DNA of 64,000 nt, taken from positions 10,609 to 74,608 of the forward strand of contig CAZSZB010000002.1 of NCBI GenBank assembly GCA_964611205.1. Direction: 5' to 3'. Origin of the DNA: an uncultured Candidatus Saccharibacteria bacterium (lineage in GTDB: Bacteria > Patescibacteriota > Minisyncoccia > Phycocordibacterales > UBA918). The position numbers and the translations under genes are program-made. This document shows, piece by piece, positions 30,757 through 40,567 of the stretch. The notes below the pieces were generated by a model. The model ran no database searches. It worked only from the letters and a program-made list of their open reading frames with translations, and had not been told where the DNA came from. How positions within the stretch are numbered: position 1 is the first letter of the stretch; each line of letters begins with the position of its first letter.

Positions 30757-31023
30757 TTAACTTCTAATCAGTTTTTCTTTCTCACTTTTAGTTAGTTTTT
30801 TCCAGGCTGCTTCTTTGGTAGCAGCAGCTGATTTGTCTGAGCATCGTGTTTGGTAGACTAACTCTACTGGTCTCCTCACCCTTGTATATTTAGATCCTTT
30901 ATCCTTACCAGTCCCTAACCCATTATGCTCGGTTAATCTTCTATCTAAATCAGTCGTAATACCTGTGTACAAGGTCTCATCTGAGCAACGCACCATATAA
31001 ACAAACCACTTACTCTTAGACAT
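30757..31023 (-). CDS. Stand-alone GIY-YIG nuclease (UPF0213/YhbQ-like)
   Basis: WFVYMVRC..LYTGIT.DLDRR..EHN, GSKYTR.RRPV. Confidence 0.9.
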   Translation of the reverse strand: MSKSKWFVYMVRCSDETLYTGITTDLDRRLTEHNGLGTGKDKGSKYTRVRRPVELVYQTRCSDKSAAATKEAAWKKLTKSEKEKLIRS

Positions 31024-31028
31024 AAACG

Positions 31029-31607
31029 TTATTCTGTACGAGGAAACCAGTCAATTAACAACGCTCGTAAACTAAAGGATAGTTCTGCTTCCACGTTTTC
31101 AATAGCCATCATTTCCCACAAATCTAATAATTCTTTATATAACGGAGTATTGTAGAATCTCGTCCCGCAGGAATTAAGTTCGTAAGCTATTCCGTCTAAT
31201 ATCACATTGTAGCGATAACCAATCCCATTGTCGGTGGTCTGACAATAAGGACCTGGTTTTTGTAACTCTAAAAGATCTAACTTTTTAACCATATTCTTCA
31301 ATTTATCGAATTCGGCTCGAGGTATATAACCAGTTACAGGTTCGGGAGTTGGTTCAGTTAAAGAATGAGCTCCTATATAGCGATATTTTCGGTTAGACAA
31401 TAATTCAAAAGACGGACAGACTACTCCTGCCATACCGCACACACCTTCCTGCTCAGCTCTAATAGCAAATGAATTATCTAAAACATTTTCATCTACTGGA
31501 ATCTCATTATTATAATTAGGAGCAAAACCAGTTACATAAACATAGAAGCCAGAAAATAAACCAATCGCAAAAGTAAATGCCAGTACAAAAATTTGTTGTT
31601 TTGTCAT
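31029..31607 (-). CDS. Hypothetical membrane-anchored protein
   Basis: N-terminal TM, four Cys. Confidence 0.75.
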   Translation of the reverse strand: MTKQQIFVLAFTFAIGLFSGFYVYVTGFAPNYNNEIPVDENVLDNSFAIRAEQEGVCGMAGVVCPSFELLSNRKYRYIGAHSLTEPTPEPVTGYIPRAEFDKLKNMVKKLDLLELQKPGPYCQTTDNGIGYRYNVILDGIAYELNSCGTRFYNTPLYKELLDLWEMMAIENVEAELSFSLRALLIDWFPRTE

Positions 31608-31704
31608 TTTTTAAATTATAACCTGTTTAAATCAACTAAACATATCATATCTACATTTCTTTAATAAAATCGCAATACAAGTTATGATAGTCTCGCACAA
31701 ATAC

Positions 31705-32136
31705 TGAGAGATGGCTAAGTGGAGCAAAAGTGAAGTGTTTCACTTTTGCTCCGGTCTTCGAACGAAGTGAGAAGATTGGCCGTTGTGAGCGAATGAGAAC
31801 AGGCCAAAGGAGGAAACGTAGTCGAACGCCTAATGAAGAACAAGCGTTCTTACAAAAACAAGTATATGGAGAGATGGCTGAGTGGATGAAAAGCAAACTG
31901 CTTTGCTTTTCATCCGGTTTGCGAACCTGAGAGCAAAAAGGTCGTTGTGAGTTTACGAGCAGACCTTAGGAGGAAACCGAATCGAATGCTTATAATACAA
32001 TAAAGCATTACGTAAAAAAACAAATATACGGAGAGATGGCTGAGTGGATGTAATTGTCTGGGAGACAATTACATCCGACCAGAGGGAGGTGGACGAACTT
32101 GTTCGACCCGAAGCCATCTCTTCAAAAAGAAATAAC
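31705..32136 (+). repeat. Array of three tRNA-Ser 5'-end-anchored structured units (163, 162, 107 bp)
   Basis: (G)GAGAGATGGCTRAGTGGA at 31705, 31868 and 32030, each followed by a hairpin closing with TCCG. Confidence 0.8.
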
Positions 32137-32223
32137 GGAGAGATGGCTGAGCGGTCGAAGGCGCACGCTTGGAAAGCGTGTGAGGGTTTACGCCCTCCGG
32201 GGGTTCGAATCCCCCTCTCTCCG
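32137..32223 (+). tRNA. tRNA-Ser(GGA)
   Basis: GGAGAGA acceptor, CACGC-TTGGAAA-GCGTG anticodon arm, long variable arm, GGGGG-TTCGAAT-CCCCC; no CCA. Confidence 0.97.
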
Positions 32224-32266
32224 CGAATACAAAATAGCACCCTTTTTGGGGTGCTTATTTTGTTCG

Positions 32267-32396
32267 CGGAGAGAGGAGTAACTGTCTGGGAGACAGTTAC
32301 GTGGGATTCGAAAAGCTTTTGAGCTATTTTCAAGCTGGCGTAGAAAATAGCCAAAAGGTATACAGTCCATGTAATGGACGAATCCCCCTCTCTCCG
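32267..32396 (+). ncRNA. tRNA-Ser 3'-end-anchored structured element
   Basis: Antisense CGGAGAGAGG/GGGATTCGAA split by AGTAACTGTC-TGGGA-GACAGTTACGT; sense copy CGAATCCCCCTCTCTCCG at 32379-32396. Confidence 0.7.
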
Positions 32397-32474
32397 CTAA
32401 ATTAAAAACCCCCATATTGCCAATTAATCTAGCGGGGGTACTATAGTGAGTAATACAAAATAATAAATTTTATT

Positions 32475-32957
32475 ATGAAATTAGTCTATGTGTCTTTGGT
32501 GGTTGTCATTATATTCATTGTCGGGGTTTTTACCTTCAGCAATTATTTAGATTTCAACACAAATACTGATAACGATACTAAATCAACCGAAATTGAAGAG
32601 GAAACTCCTAATGTGGACGAGGTTGATGAAGATTTAATCTTAGTCACTAATCCAGAACCAAATACAGTGGTAGATAACCCAATTACCATAACCGGTGAAG
32701 CCAGGGGATACTGGTTTTTTGAAGCTTCCTTCCCTATCGTAGTGACAGATTGGAAAGGTTTAATAATTGGTGAAGGTTATGCAACAGCTGACAGTGACTG
32801 GATGACTGAAGACTACGTACCTTTTACAGCTACAGTCTCTTATGATCTACCAGCCGATACTCCTTATATGCGAGGCTATCTTATTTTAATGAAGGACAAT
32901 CCTTCAGGTTTACCAGAACATGACGCGGCTATAGATATCCCCATTCTCTTTGAATAG
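32475..32957 (+). CDS. Gmad2-type Ig-like domain membrane-anchored protein
   Basis: ITGEARGYWFFEASFP, WMTEDYVPF, KDNPSGLPE. Confidence 0.85.
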   Translation: MKLVYVSLVVVIIFIVGVFTFSNYLDFNTNTDNDTKSTEIEEETPNVDEVDEDLILVTNPEPNTVVDNPITITGEARGYWFFEASFPIVVTDWKGLIIGEGYATADSDWMTEDYVPFTATVSYDLPADTPYMRGYLILMKDNPSGLPEHDAAIDIPILFE

Positions 32958-32991
32958 AAACTACACTTAATAATCTTCTTTTAAGAAATCA

Positions 32992-35304
32992 CTATAAACC
33001 AGGCTCCTCTATTCGAAGTCCAACATTAGAAACTGCTGACGGAGTATGAGCGGTGATCCTCTTTACTAAAGAGAAATCATGAGCGTCGTACACTTCTATT
33101 TCATTAGCAGTCTGCGAGACGACATAAACATATTTACCATCAAAGGTAAATTCAGGGTGCCAAGAACTTTCCCCGGCCACAGGTATTATTGTCTTAACTA
33201 TCTTATTAGTACGGGCATCAATTACATAAATTTCGTCGTGATGATCACCAAATGCAGTATCGGCCCAAACATACGGATAGTCAGGGTTTTTGTGGTAGGA
33301 TCGAATAAATAAACCTGGACCAGCTGTTTCAATATAAGCGATGGGCTTCCAGATCTTGGTATCGATAGCAGTGATTAGACCTTCTCCAATAGCTGGTACA
33401 TAAGTAGTGGTTCCCCAAGTAGCTCCCGGTCCAGTGTGTGGAGTATCACCGGTTTGTACCTCGGCTACTTCAGTCCATGTTTTAGTATCTAAAACCCAGA
33501 CTTTATTTGCTCCCATAGCCGCAACTATATAAAAGTTACCATCAGGAGTTAAGTAAGCATCATGTAAAGGGGTTTCATTTCCTCCGATATTCCAATATTT
33601 GTTTTTTACTGGAAATGATTCATCTGTTGCGTCAATAACCCAAACACTGTTTAAATCCTTTAGAGCCACAATAATGCTGCTACCCTTTTGAACTACTGCC
33701 CCTACTCTAGATTCTACTTTTTCACCATTCAGTTCTCCAGTAGTAGGGATGGTTTTAAGAATTTTCATTGTCTTAGCATCAATTATTACCACATTACCGG
33801 GTGCGTAATTTCCAATAGCCAAATATTTTCCATCATCTGTAAGAGCGGTGCCTCGAGAGTTGTCTCCTACATCGATACTAATGACAGGATTGAAGGTATC
33901 TAAATCAACTTTGGTCAACCAACCATCGCGCGAAATAATGTACATATATTTTGCATCAGGTGAAAAGACAGAAGTGTGTGGTTGGAAGCCAATATCATGA
34001 ATACGACCTAACTCATTATGAGTTCGGCCATCAAGAAATAATAATTTCTCTGCATCCTTCTCTACTACCATCATTAATTCCCGATTATCCCAACTACCGG
34101 CCTCAACATATAATTCTGCATAAGGTTTTAATTGGGTCTTTTTTTCAACCGGATTACCATCTGGGACAATTGTTACCCCCTCATCGATTCTTCCTATATA
34201 CATCCGCATCATCTTATCGCTGACTCCACTACCATGATTACGATGATAGTTGATACTGGCGTCAGTACCACAATTAAAAGCGGCCGGATGAAGCTTGGCT
34301 TCAGGAGTAGCATCAAAGACCATATTATCTATCACTAACCAGCAACTATCCTTGGTATTGTTACTTTGAACTTCACTAAAATCAAAACCGACGCTTCCGA
34401 TGTGATAAGAGCGCACTCTGTCGCTAATACCATCAGGACTCATTTCTTGGTAAGCGGTTGTTATATCTTTACCACATTCATATAATTCCGGATATTTCTC
34501 AGCCGCAGGAGTAACATCGTATACTTCACCGGCTATCACCACCCAACATTCTTCTATATTGGATCGCTTAGCTACCTCAGAGAGAGGGAAAGTCGGATAA
34601 ACAGTAGCGCCGGTCACTTCTTCAGATGACTTTTCTATTTTTGAATCGCTATTTTTAAAAACAACAAAATAATAAGTCGAAAGTGTAATTGCTAATAAAA
34701 TTATTAAAAAACCACCAACTTTATATATAGTATTCTTTTGTATTTTATTTAAAATACGACTAATGACAGAAATATAGAGATATCCTATAAACAACAAAGC
34801 TAAGAAATATAGCGATATGGCTAACCAGAAGCTTATTTCAGCTCGAAACAAAGCGTGATGAACCACCAAAAATAACCAGGATACTATTGAAACAATTACA
34901 CTGATAGCAAAATAAGTAGCTATATTTTTGTCTATTTCTTTTTCTTTCTTATCATCTAGCTTAGACTTAACTGCCGGCAGTAACCAGTAGTGAACCAGAA
35001 AAGTATTAATTACCAAGATCAGAGCCACCACCATGCTGGCCTGAAAGATTCCCAGTCTGAGCATAGCTTCATACGACATTGTAAATAAACCGATGCCGAA
35101 AAAAGCATAAAGTAACAAACCTGCCCAAACAACTGTATAGCTACCATTTATAATGTGATACTCATCACTTGATATATGACGGTCTTTTAAAACAGTAAGT
35201 AACGACATCCCGTTTAAAAGAGTGGCGCCGGCTCCGATAGCTAAACCAATAGAAAAAAATATTAAATAAATGTCATGCAAACTGACAACAGAAAAAATGC
35301 TCAT
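32992..35304 (-). CDS. Membrane protein: ~6 TM + two cytochrome b5-like domains + cytochrome d1 heme (NirS-type) beta-propeller
   Basis: CWVVIAGEVYDVT and CWLVIDNMVFDAT (b5-like); GFQPHTS..SRDG, LHDAYL, TPHTGPGA, GPGLFI, HPEFT (d1 propeller); no CxxCH; start ATG 35304. Confidence 0.85.
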   Translation of the reverse strand: MSIFSVVSLHDIYLIFFSIGLAIGAGATLLNGMSLLTVLKDRHISSDEYHIINGSYTVVWAGLLLYAFFGIGLFTMSYEAMLRLGIFQASMVVALILVINTFLVHYWLLPAVKSKLDDKKEKEIDKNIATYFAISVIVSIVSWLFLVVHHALFRAEISFWLAISLYFLALLFIGYLYISVISRILNKIQKNTIYKVGGFLIILLAITLSTYYFVVFKNSDSKIEKSSEEVTGATVYPTFPLSEVAKRSNIEECWVVIAGEVYDVTPAAEKYPELYECGKDITTAYQEMSPDGISDRVRSYHIGSVGFDFSEVQSNNTKDSCWLVIDNMVFDATPEAKLHPAAFNCGTDASINYHRNHGSGVSDKMMRMYIGRIDEGVTIVPDGNPVEKKTQLKPYAELYVEAGSWDNRELMMVVEKDAEKLLFLDGRTHNELGRIHDIGFQPHTSVFSPDAKYMYIISRDGWLTKVDLDTFNPVISIDVGDNSRGTALTDDGKYLAIGNYAPGNVVIIDAKTMKILKTIPTTGELNGEKVESRVGAVVQKGSSIIVALKDLNSVWVIDATDESFPVKNKYWNIGGNETPLHDAYLTPDGNFYIVAAMGANKVWVLDTKTWTEVAEVQTGDTPHTGPGATWGTTTYVPAIGEGLITAIDTKIWKPIAYIETAGPGLFIRSYHKNPDYPYVWADTAFGDHHDEIYVIDARTNKIVKTIIPVAGESSWHPEFTFDGKYVYVVSQTANEIEVYDAHDFSLVKRITAHTPSAVSNVGLRIEEPGL

Positions 35305-35377
35305 ACTGCACACAATTATAGCAAACAACTTCTACAAATAAGTAAACTAACCTGCCGATAACTAACAATCTACCTAC

Positions 35378-35953
35378 CTAGGACTTACGATGTCCTAGGT
35401 TAGTTTTTTTCCAGCAGCTGACTAGATGATCGTCAACCAGACCAACCGCTTGCATATAAGCGTACATAATTGTGCCACCGACAAAAGTCATACCACGTTT
35501 TTTAAGATCTCGGGCCAAAGCTTTACTTTCAGGGATGTTGGTAGGAATTTCTGCAGCAGAGCGCCAATGATTGATGATTTGTTTTCCGTCGACAAATTGC
35601 CAAAGATAAGTACTAAAAGTACCAAACTCTTTTTGTATCTCAATAAAAATTTTGGCGTTGGTACGAACCGAAAAAATCTTTAATCGGTTGCGTATAATTC
35701 TCTCATCTTTTTGTAAAGACAGTAATTCCCCATCAGTCATCTGAGCTATTTTGACAACATTAAAATTATGAAAAGCTTTTTTATAACCGGCCCGTTTTTT
35801 AAGTACTGTTTCCCAAGATAAACCTGCTTGCGCACCTTCAAGGACCAAAAACTCGAAGAGTTTTTGGTCCTTGAAAACTGGCACACCCCACTCTGTATCG
35901 TGATAGTTTTTCATGTGCTCTTTATCTCCAACCCATGGACAACGATTCTTCAT
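35378..35953 (-). CDS. tag: DNA-3-methyladenine glycosylase I
   Basis: RCPW, YHDTEWG, LEGAQAGLSW, DDHLVSC. Confidence 0.96.
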   Translation of the reverse strand: MKNRCPWVGDKEHMKNYHDTEWGVPVFKDQKLFEFLVLEGAQAGLSWETVLKKRAGYKKAFHNFNVVKIAQMTDGELLSLQKDERIIRNRLKIFSVRTNAKIFIEIQKEFGTFSTYLWQFVDGKQIINHWRSAAEIPTNIPESKALARDLKKRGMTFVGGTIMYAYMQAVGLVDDHLVSCWKKTNLGHRKS

Positions 35954-36045
35954 ATTTATTGATATACCAACTGACCAGCACTTCTTTCAGAAGCTGTTCA
36001 GGTTGTCGCTATTCTTTACAGAACAGCTGGCAACCTTCTACAACA

Positions 36046-36105
36046 GTCCCACTCTTTATCACGATAATGAGCATAGATTTCTTTTCCTGGTTTATTACCA
36101 AAACA
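36046..36105 (-). pseudogene. Relic of a tag-like N-terminus
   Basis: Translates CFGNKPGKEIYAHYRDKEWD with no start, in-frame TGA immediately upstream. Confidence 0.45.
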
Positions 36106-36139
36106 TCAACATCTTTATCTATTATTTAATTATAGGTCA

Positions 36140-37033
36140 TTAACCTATATCCATGCCTCGTAATTTTGCCACCCGGTCAGCAGCCGGTGGATGAGTTTGA
36201 AAAAGTCCTCCAATTTTTTGCATAATGCCGCGACTTCCTTTGTAAGGATCTGAAATAAATAGATGAGCAGTGGCAGTAGATGCGTGTTTCAACGGTCTTG
36301 GATCTGCAGAAATTTTTTCCAAAGCTGAAGCTAGGCCTTCAGGATAACGGGTCAATAATGCTCCAGTGGCGTCTGCTAGATATTCTCGTTTTCTTGAGAC
36401 TGCCATTTGTATTAATTTTGCAGCCAAAGGAGCTAAAATAATTCCCACCAATCCCAAGATCATAAACCAGGGTGAACCTTTACGGTCATCATTACTAAAA
36501 TAAAGACTTCTAGTAAGAAGATCAGCTAAAATTGCTACAAAACCAGCCAGTACCACAGCCACGGTCATCACTAACATATCGCGATTACCGATATGAGCCA
36601 TTTCGTGAGCTACCACCCCCTCTAATTCGTTGCGGTCTAATATCTGTAACAGACCAGTGGTAACCGCTACTACAGCGTGTTCTGGATTACGTCCGGTAGC
36701 AAATGCGTTTGGTGATGGATCGTTGACTATATATACCGCTGGCATTGGTAGCCCGGCCGTGATAGCTAGGTTTTCTACCACATTGAACAGTTCCCTGTTA
36801 CTTTCTAGAGTAGCTGGTTTAGCATTAGTCATTTTTAATACTAACTTGTCCGAAAACCAGTAACTACCAACATTCATCACTAAGGCAAAGATAATCGCTA
36901 AATATAAAATAGCTGAATTTCCCAAATACCAAGCCACCGCGTAACCAATGGCTATCACCATCACTAAAAACACAGTCATTAACAACCAAGTCTTACGGAT
37001 ATTTTTAGCTTGTTGTGTATACAGGGTTGCCAT
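36140..37033 (-). CDS. htpX: M48 zinc metalloprotease HtpX
   Basis: PNAFATGR, HEMAH, SRKREYLAD, THP. Confidence 0.95.
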   Translation of the reverse strand: MATLYTQQAKNIRKTWLLMTVFLVMVIAIGYAVAWYLGNSAILYLAIIFALVMNVGSYWFSDKLVLKMTNAKPATLESNRELFNVVENLAITAGLPMPAVYIVNDPSPNAFATGRNPEHAVVAVTTGLLQILDRNELEGVVAHEMAHIGNRDMLVMTVAVVLAGFVAILADLLTRSLYFSNDDRKGSPWFMILGLVGIILAPLAAKLIQMAVSRKREYLADATGALLTRYPEGLASALEKISADPRPLKHASTATAHLFISDPYKGSRGIMQKIGGLFQTHPPAADRVAKLRGMDIG

Positions 37034-37039
37034 TTTCTT

Positions 37040-37624
37040 CTAGAAACTCACTTTCACCACCTCTCTCTCAACTGATCCTTCTTCTAATTCAAAATATTCT
37101 TCCTCCTTAAAGCCAAACATATTTCCAACTATGTTACTTGGAAAAGATTGTAATTTAATAGCTAAATCTCGAACATTTGTATTGTAAAAACGTCGAGCTG
37201 CTTGAATCTTATTTTCAGTATCAGATAATTCTGTTTGTAATTGAGAAAAGTTTTGACTAGCCTTTAAATCTGGATACGCTTCAGCCACCGCTAACAACTT
37301 ACTTAAAGCTCCTGACAAAGCATCTTCTGCCCCAGCCATAGCTGTAATTTGCTCTGGTGTGATGTTAGCAGGATCGACATGAATTCTGGTCGCTTCAGCT
37401 CTAGCCTGTGTCACAGCCTCTAGTGTCTCACGCTCATGGGACATATAACCCTTTACAGATTCAATGAGGTTGGGAATCAGATCATAACGACGTTTTAGTT
37501 GGACATCTATATCTGCCCAAGCTTCTTTTGTTCTCTGTGTTAAACGAACAAAACCGTTATAAGCAGCAATTGTCCACACAGCGATTATCGCTGATACGGC
37601 TACTACAATCCATAGTGCAATCAT
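37040..37624 (-). CDS. lemA: LemA family protein
   Basis: AWADIDVQLKRRYDLIPNL, EAYPDLKA, ARRFYN. Confidence 0.95.
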   Translation of the reverse strand: MIALWIVVAVSAIIAVWTIAAYNGFVRLTQRTKEAWADIDVQLKRRYDLIPNLIESVKGYMSHERETLEAVTQARAEATRIHVDPANITPEQITAMAGAEDALSGALSKLLAVAEAYPDLKASQNFSQLQTELSDTENKIQAARRFYNTNVRDLAIKLQSFPSNIVGNMFGFKEEEYFELEEGSVEREVVKVSF

Positions 37625-37725
37625 ATAATTTGTAAATTATTTATCTTATTTAATTATCTATAATTATAACAAATATTTGCTTTTTTGGCAGAAAAGTCTA
37701 AAGTTGTAAAAAAGGAGGAAACAAG

Positions 37726-37980
37726 ATGACAAAATTTGTGGCCTTTGGATCTTTGGAAAACGGTGCAGAATTTTTGGCAGAGGATAAGAGGTGGCGCAAA
37801 ATACAAGGTGATCTTTTTCACAACGCTATCACTGTGGAAAGCAGAAGGTTATTTGAAGCTTTTCGTTTTGATGCAAGGAGGTTGGTCCAGCTACCTAGTC
37901 AGGAGTCAAATATTCTGTACTTCCCATCTCGGGCACTAATAGTGTCCAGACATCATGCTAAGGGCGGCGAATCAACGTAA
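37726..37980 (+). CDS. Orphan hypothetical protein
   Basis: 84-aa ORF with AAGGAGG RBS and downstream terminator. Confidence 0.6.
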   Translation: MTKFVAFGSLENGAEFLAEDKRWRKIQGDLFHNAITVESRRLFEAFRFDARRLVQLPSQESNILYFPSRALIVSRHHAKGGEST

Positions 37981-37990
37981 GAACCAAAGG

Positions 37991-38020
37991 AAAAGGGCGA
38001 TGATTCGCCCTTTTTCTTTT
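37991..38020. terminator. Bidirectional terminator
   Basis: AAAAGGGCGA-TGAT-TCGCCCTTTT. Confidence 0.75.
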
Positions 38021-38039
38021 TCTAATCTATTTTATATTG

Positions 38040-39704
<1,665 letters not shown>

Positions 39705-39710
39705 TTAAAT

Positions 39711-40016
39711 TTAGCCAATAATCCCCAATACATCAGCTTCTGATACTACCCAGTATTCCGCTTTATCAATCTCGACTTTTTCACTCCAACTTTTAAAAAG
39801 TACTCGGTCTCCTATTTGAACCTCAATCTTAATATGATTACCTGAGTCGTCTTTTGCGCCAGGCCCAACCGCTACCACCACACCCTGGTCACCTTTTTCC
39901 TTAGCTACTGAATCAGGAATAATAATGCCAGAAACTGATGTGTTTCCAGATTCCTCATCAGTTAATGGGCGAATTACAATTTTGTCACCTAACGGTTTTA
40001 TTTTCACATCTGACAT
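39711..40016 (-). CDS. groS: Co-chaperonin GroES
   Basis: IKPLGDKIV, SGIIIPD, VAVGPG. Confidence 0.97.
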   Translation of the reverse strand: MSDVKIKPLGDKIVIRPLTDEESGNTSVSGIIIPDSVAKEKGDQGVVVAVGPGAKDDSGNHIKIEVQIGDRVLFKSWSEKVEIDKAEYWVVSEADVLGIIG

Positions 40017-40195
40017 ACAAAATTTAAATATTATCAATAATCCAATAAGAATTATCGGGTAAGATTTAAATTACCCGTGTTGTCATTATATATAAAGATT
40101 TAACAGAGTCAAAAACAAGCGATTTTTAGAGAATTACCAGACTTCCTCAGACTTACTATTGCCAAAACTCTACCTTCTTGCTACTATCGTCTCAC

Positions 40196-40438
40196 ATGGA
40201 ATTCATACAAAATGCAGTGCTTCCAGTACTCCCGTATGTACAATTAATTCTCTCCATCCTGCTAGTGGCTGCGATTCTCTTACAGCAACGCGGATCGAGT
40301 CTTGGGGGAGCTTTTGGAGGTGATAATTTTAGTGCAACTTTCCACAAAAGACGTGGTAGTGAACTATTTCTGTTTCGAGCAACTATCGTGTTAGCGGTAC
40401 TTTTCGTTTTATCTACTTTAATAACTATCTTAGCTTAA
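40196..40438 (+). CDS. secG: Preprotein translocase subunit SecG
   Basis: ILLQQRGSSLGGAFGG, RRGSE, two TMs. Confidence 0.93.
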   Translation: MEFIQNAVLPVLPYVQLILSILLVAAILLQQRGSSLGGAFGGDNFSATFHKRRGSELFLFRATIVLAVLFVLSTLITILA

Positions 40439-40567
40439 ATTCACTCAATTTAGTTTTCTCTCCAAATAAACTTATATTAAATAGGCTTCGTAAACTGTAA
40501 AGCTTAACTACTTGTTCTCATTTGATTTGTATTTTGCGTGGTCAACTAAAGTGACTTCTAATAACAC

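Noticed and set aside
31917-31980. Hammerhead ribozyme (CTGAGAG...GAAAC)
   Set aside because: It does not match the CUGANGA core, and I could not build the three stems
31705-32136. CRISPR array
   Set aside because: The repeat is a tRNA 5' end, the intervening 90-145 bp segments are related and structured, and no cas genes are present
31651-32415. Six short ORFs around tRNA-Ser
   Set aside because: Chance frames across a tRNA and palindromic non-coding units
32992-35304. Assigning the symbol nirS
   Set aside because: No c-type heme domain and no nir neighbours; activity is unproven
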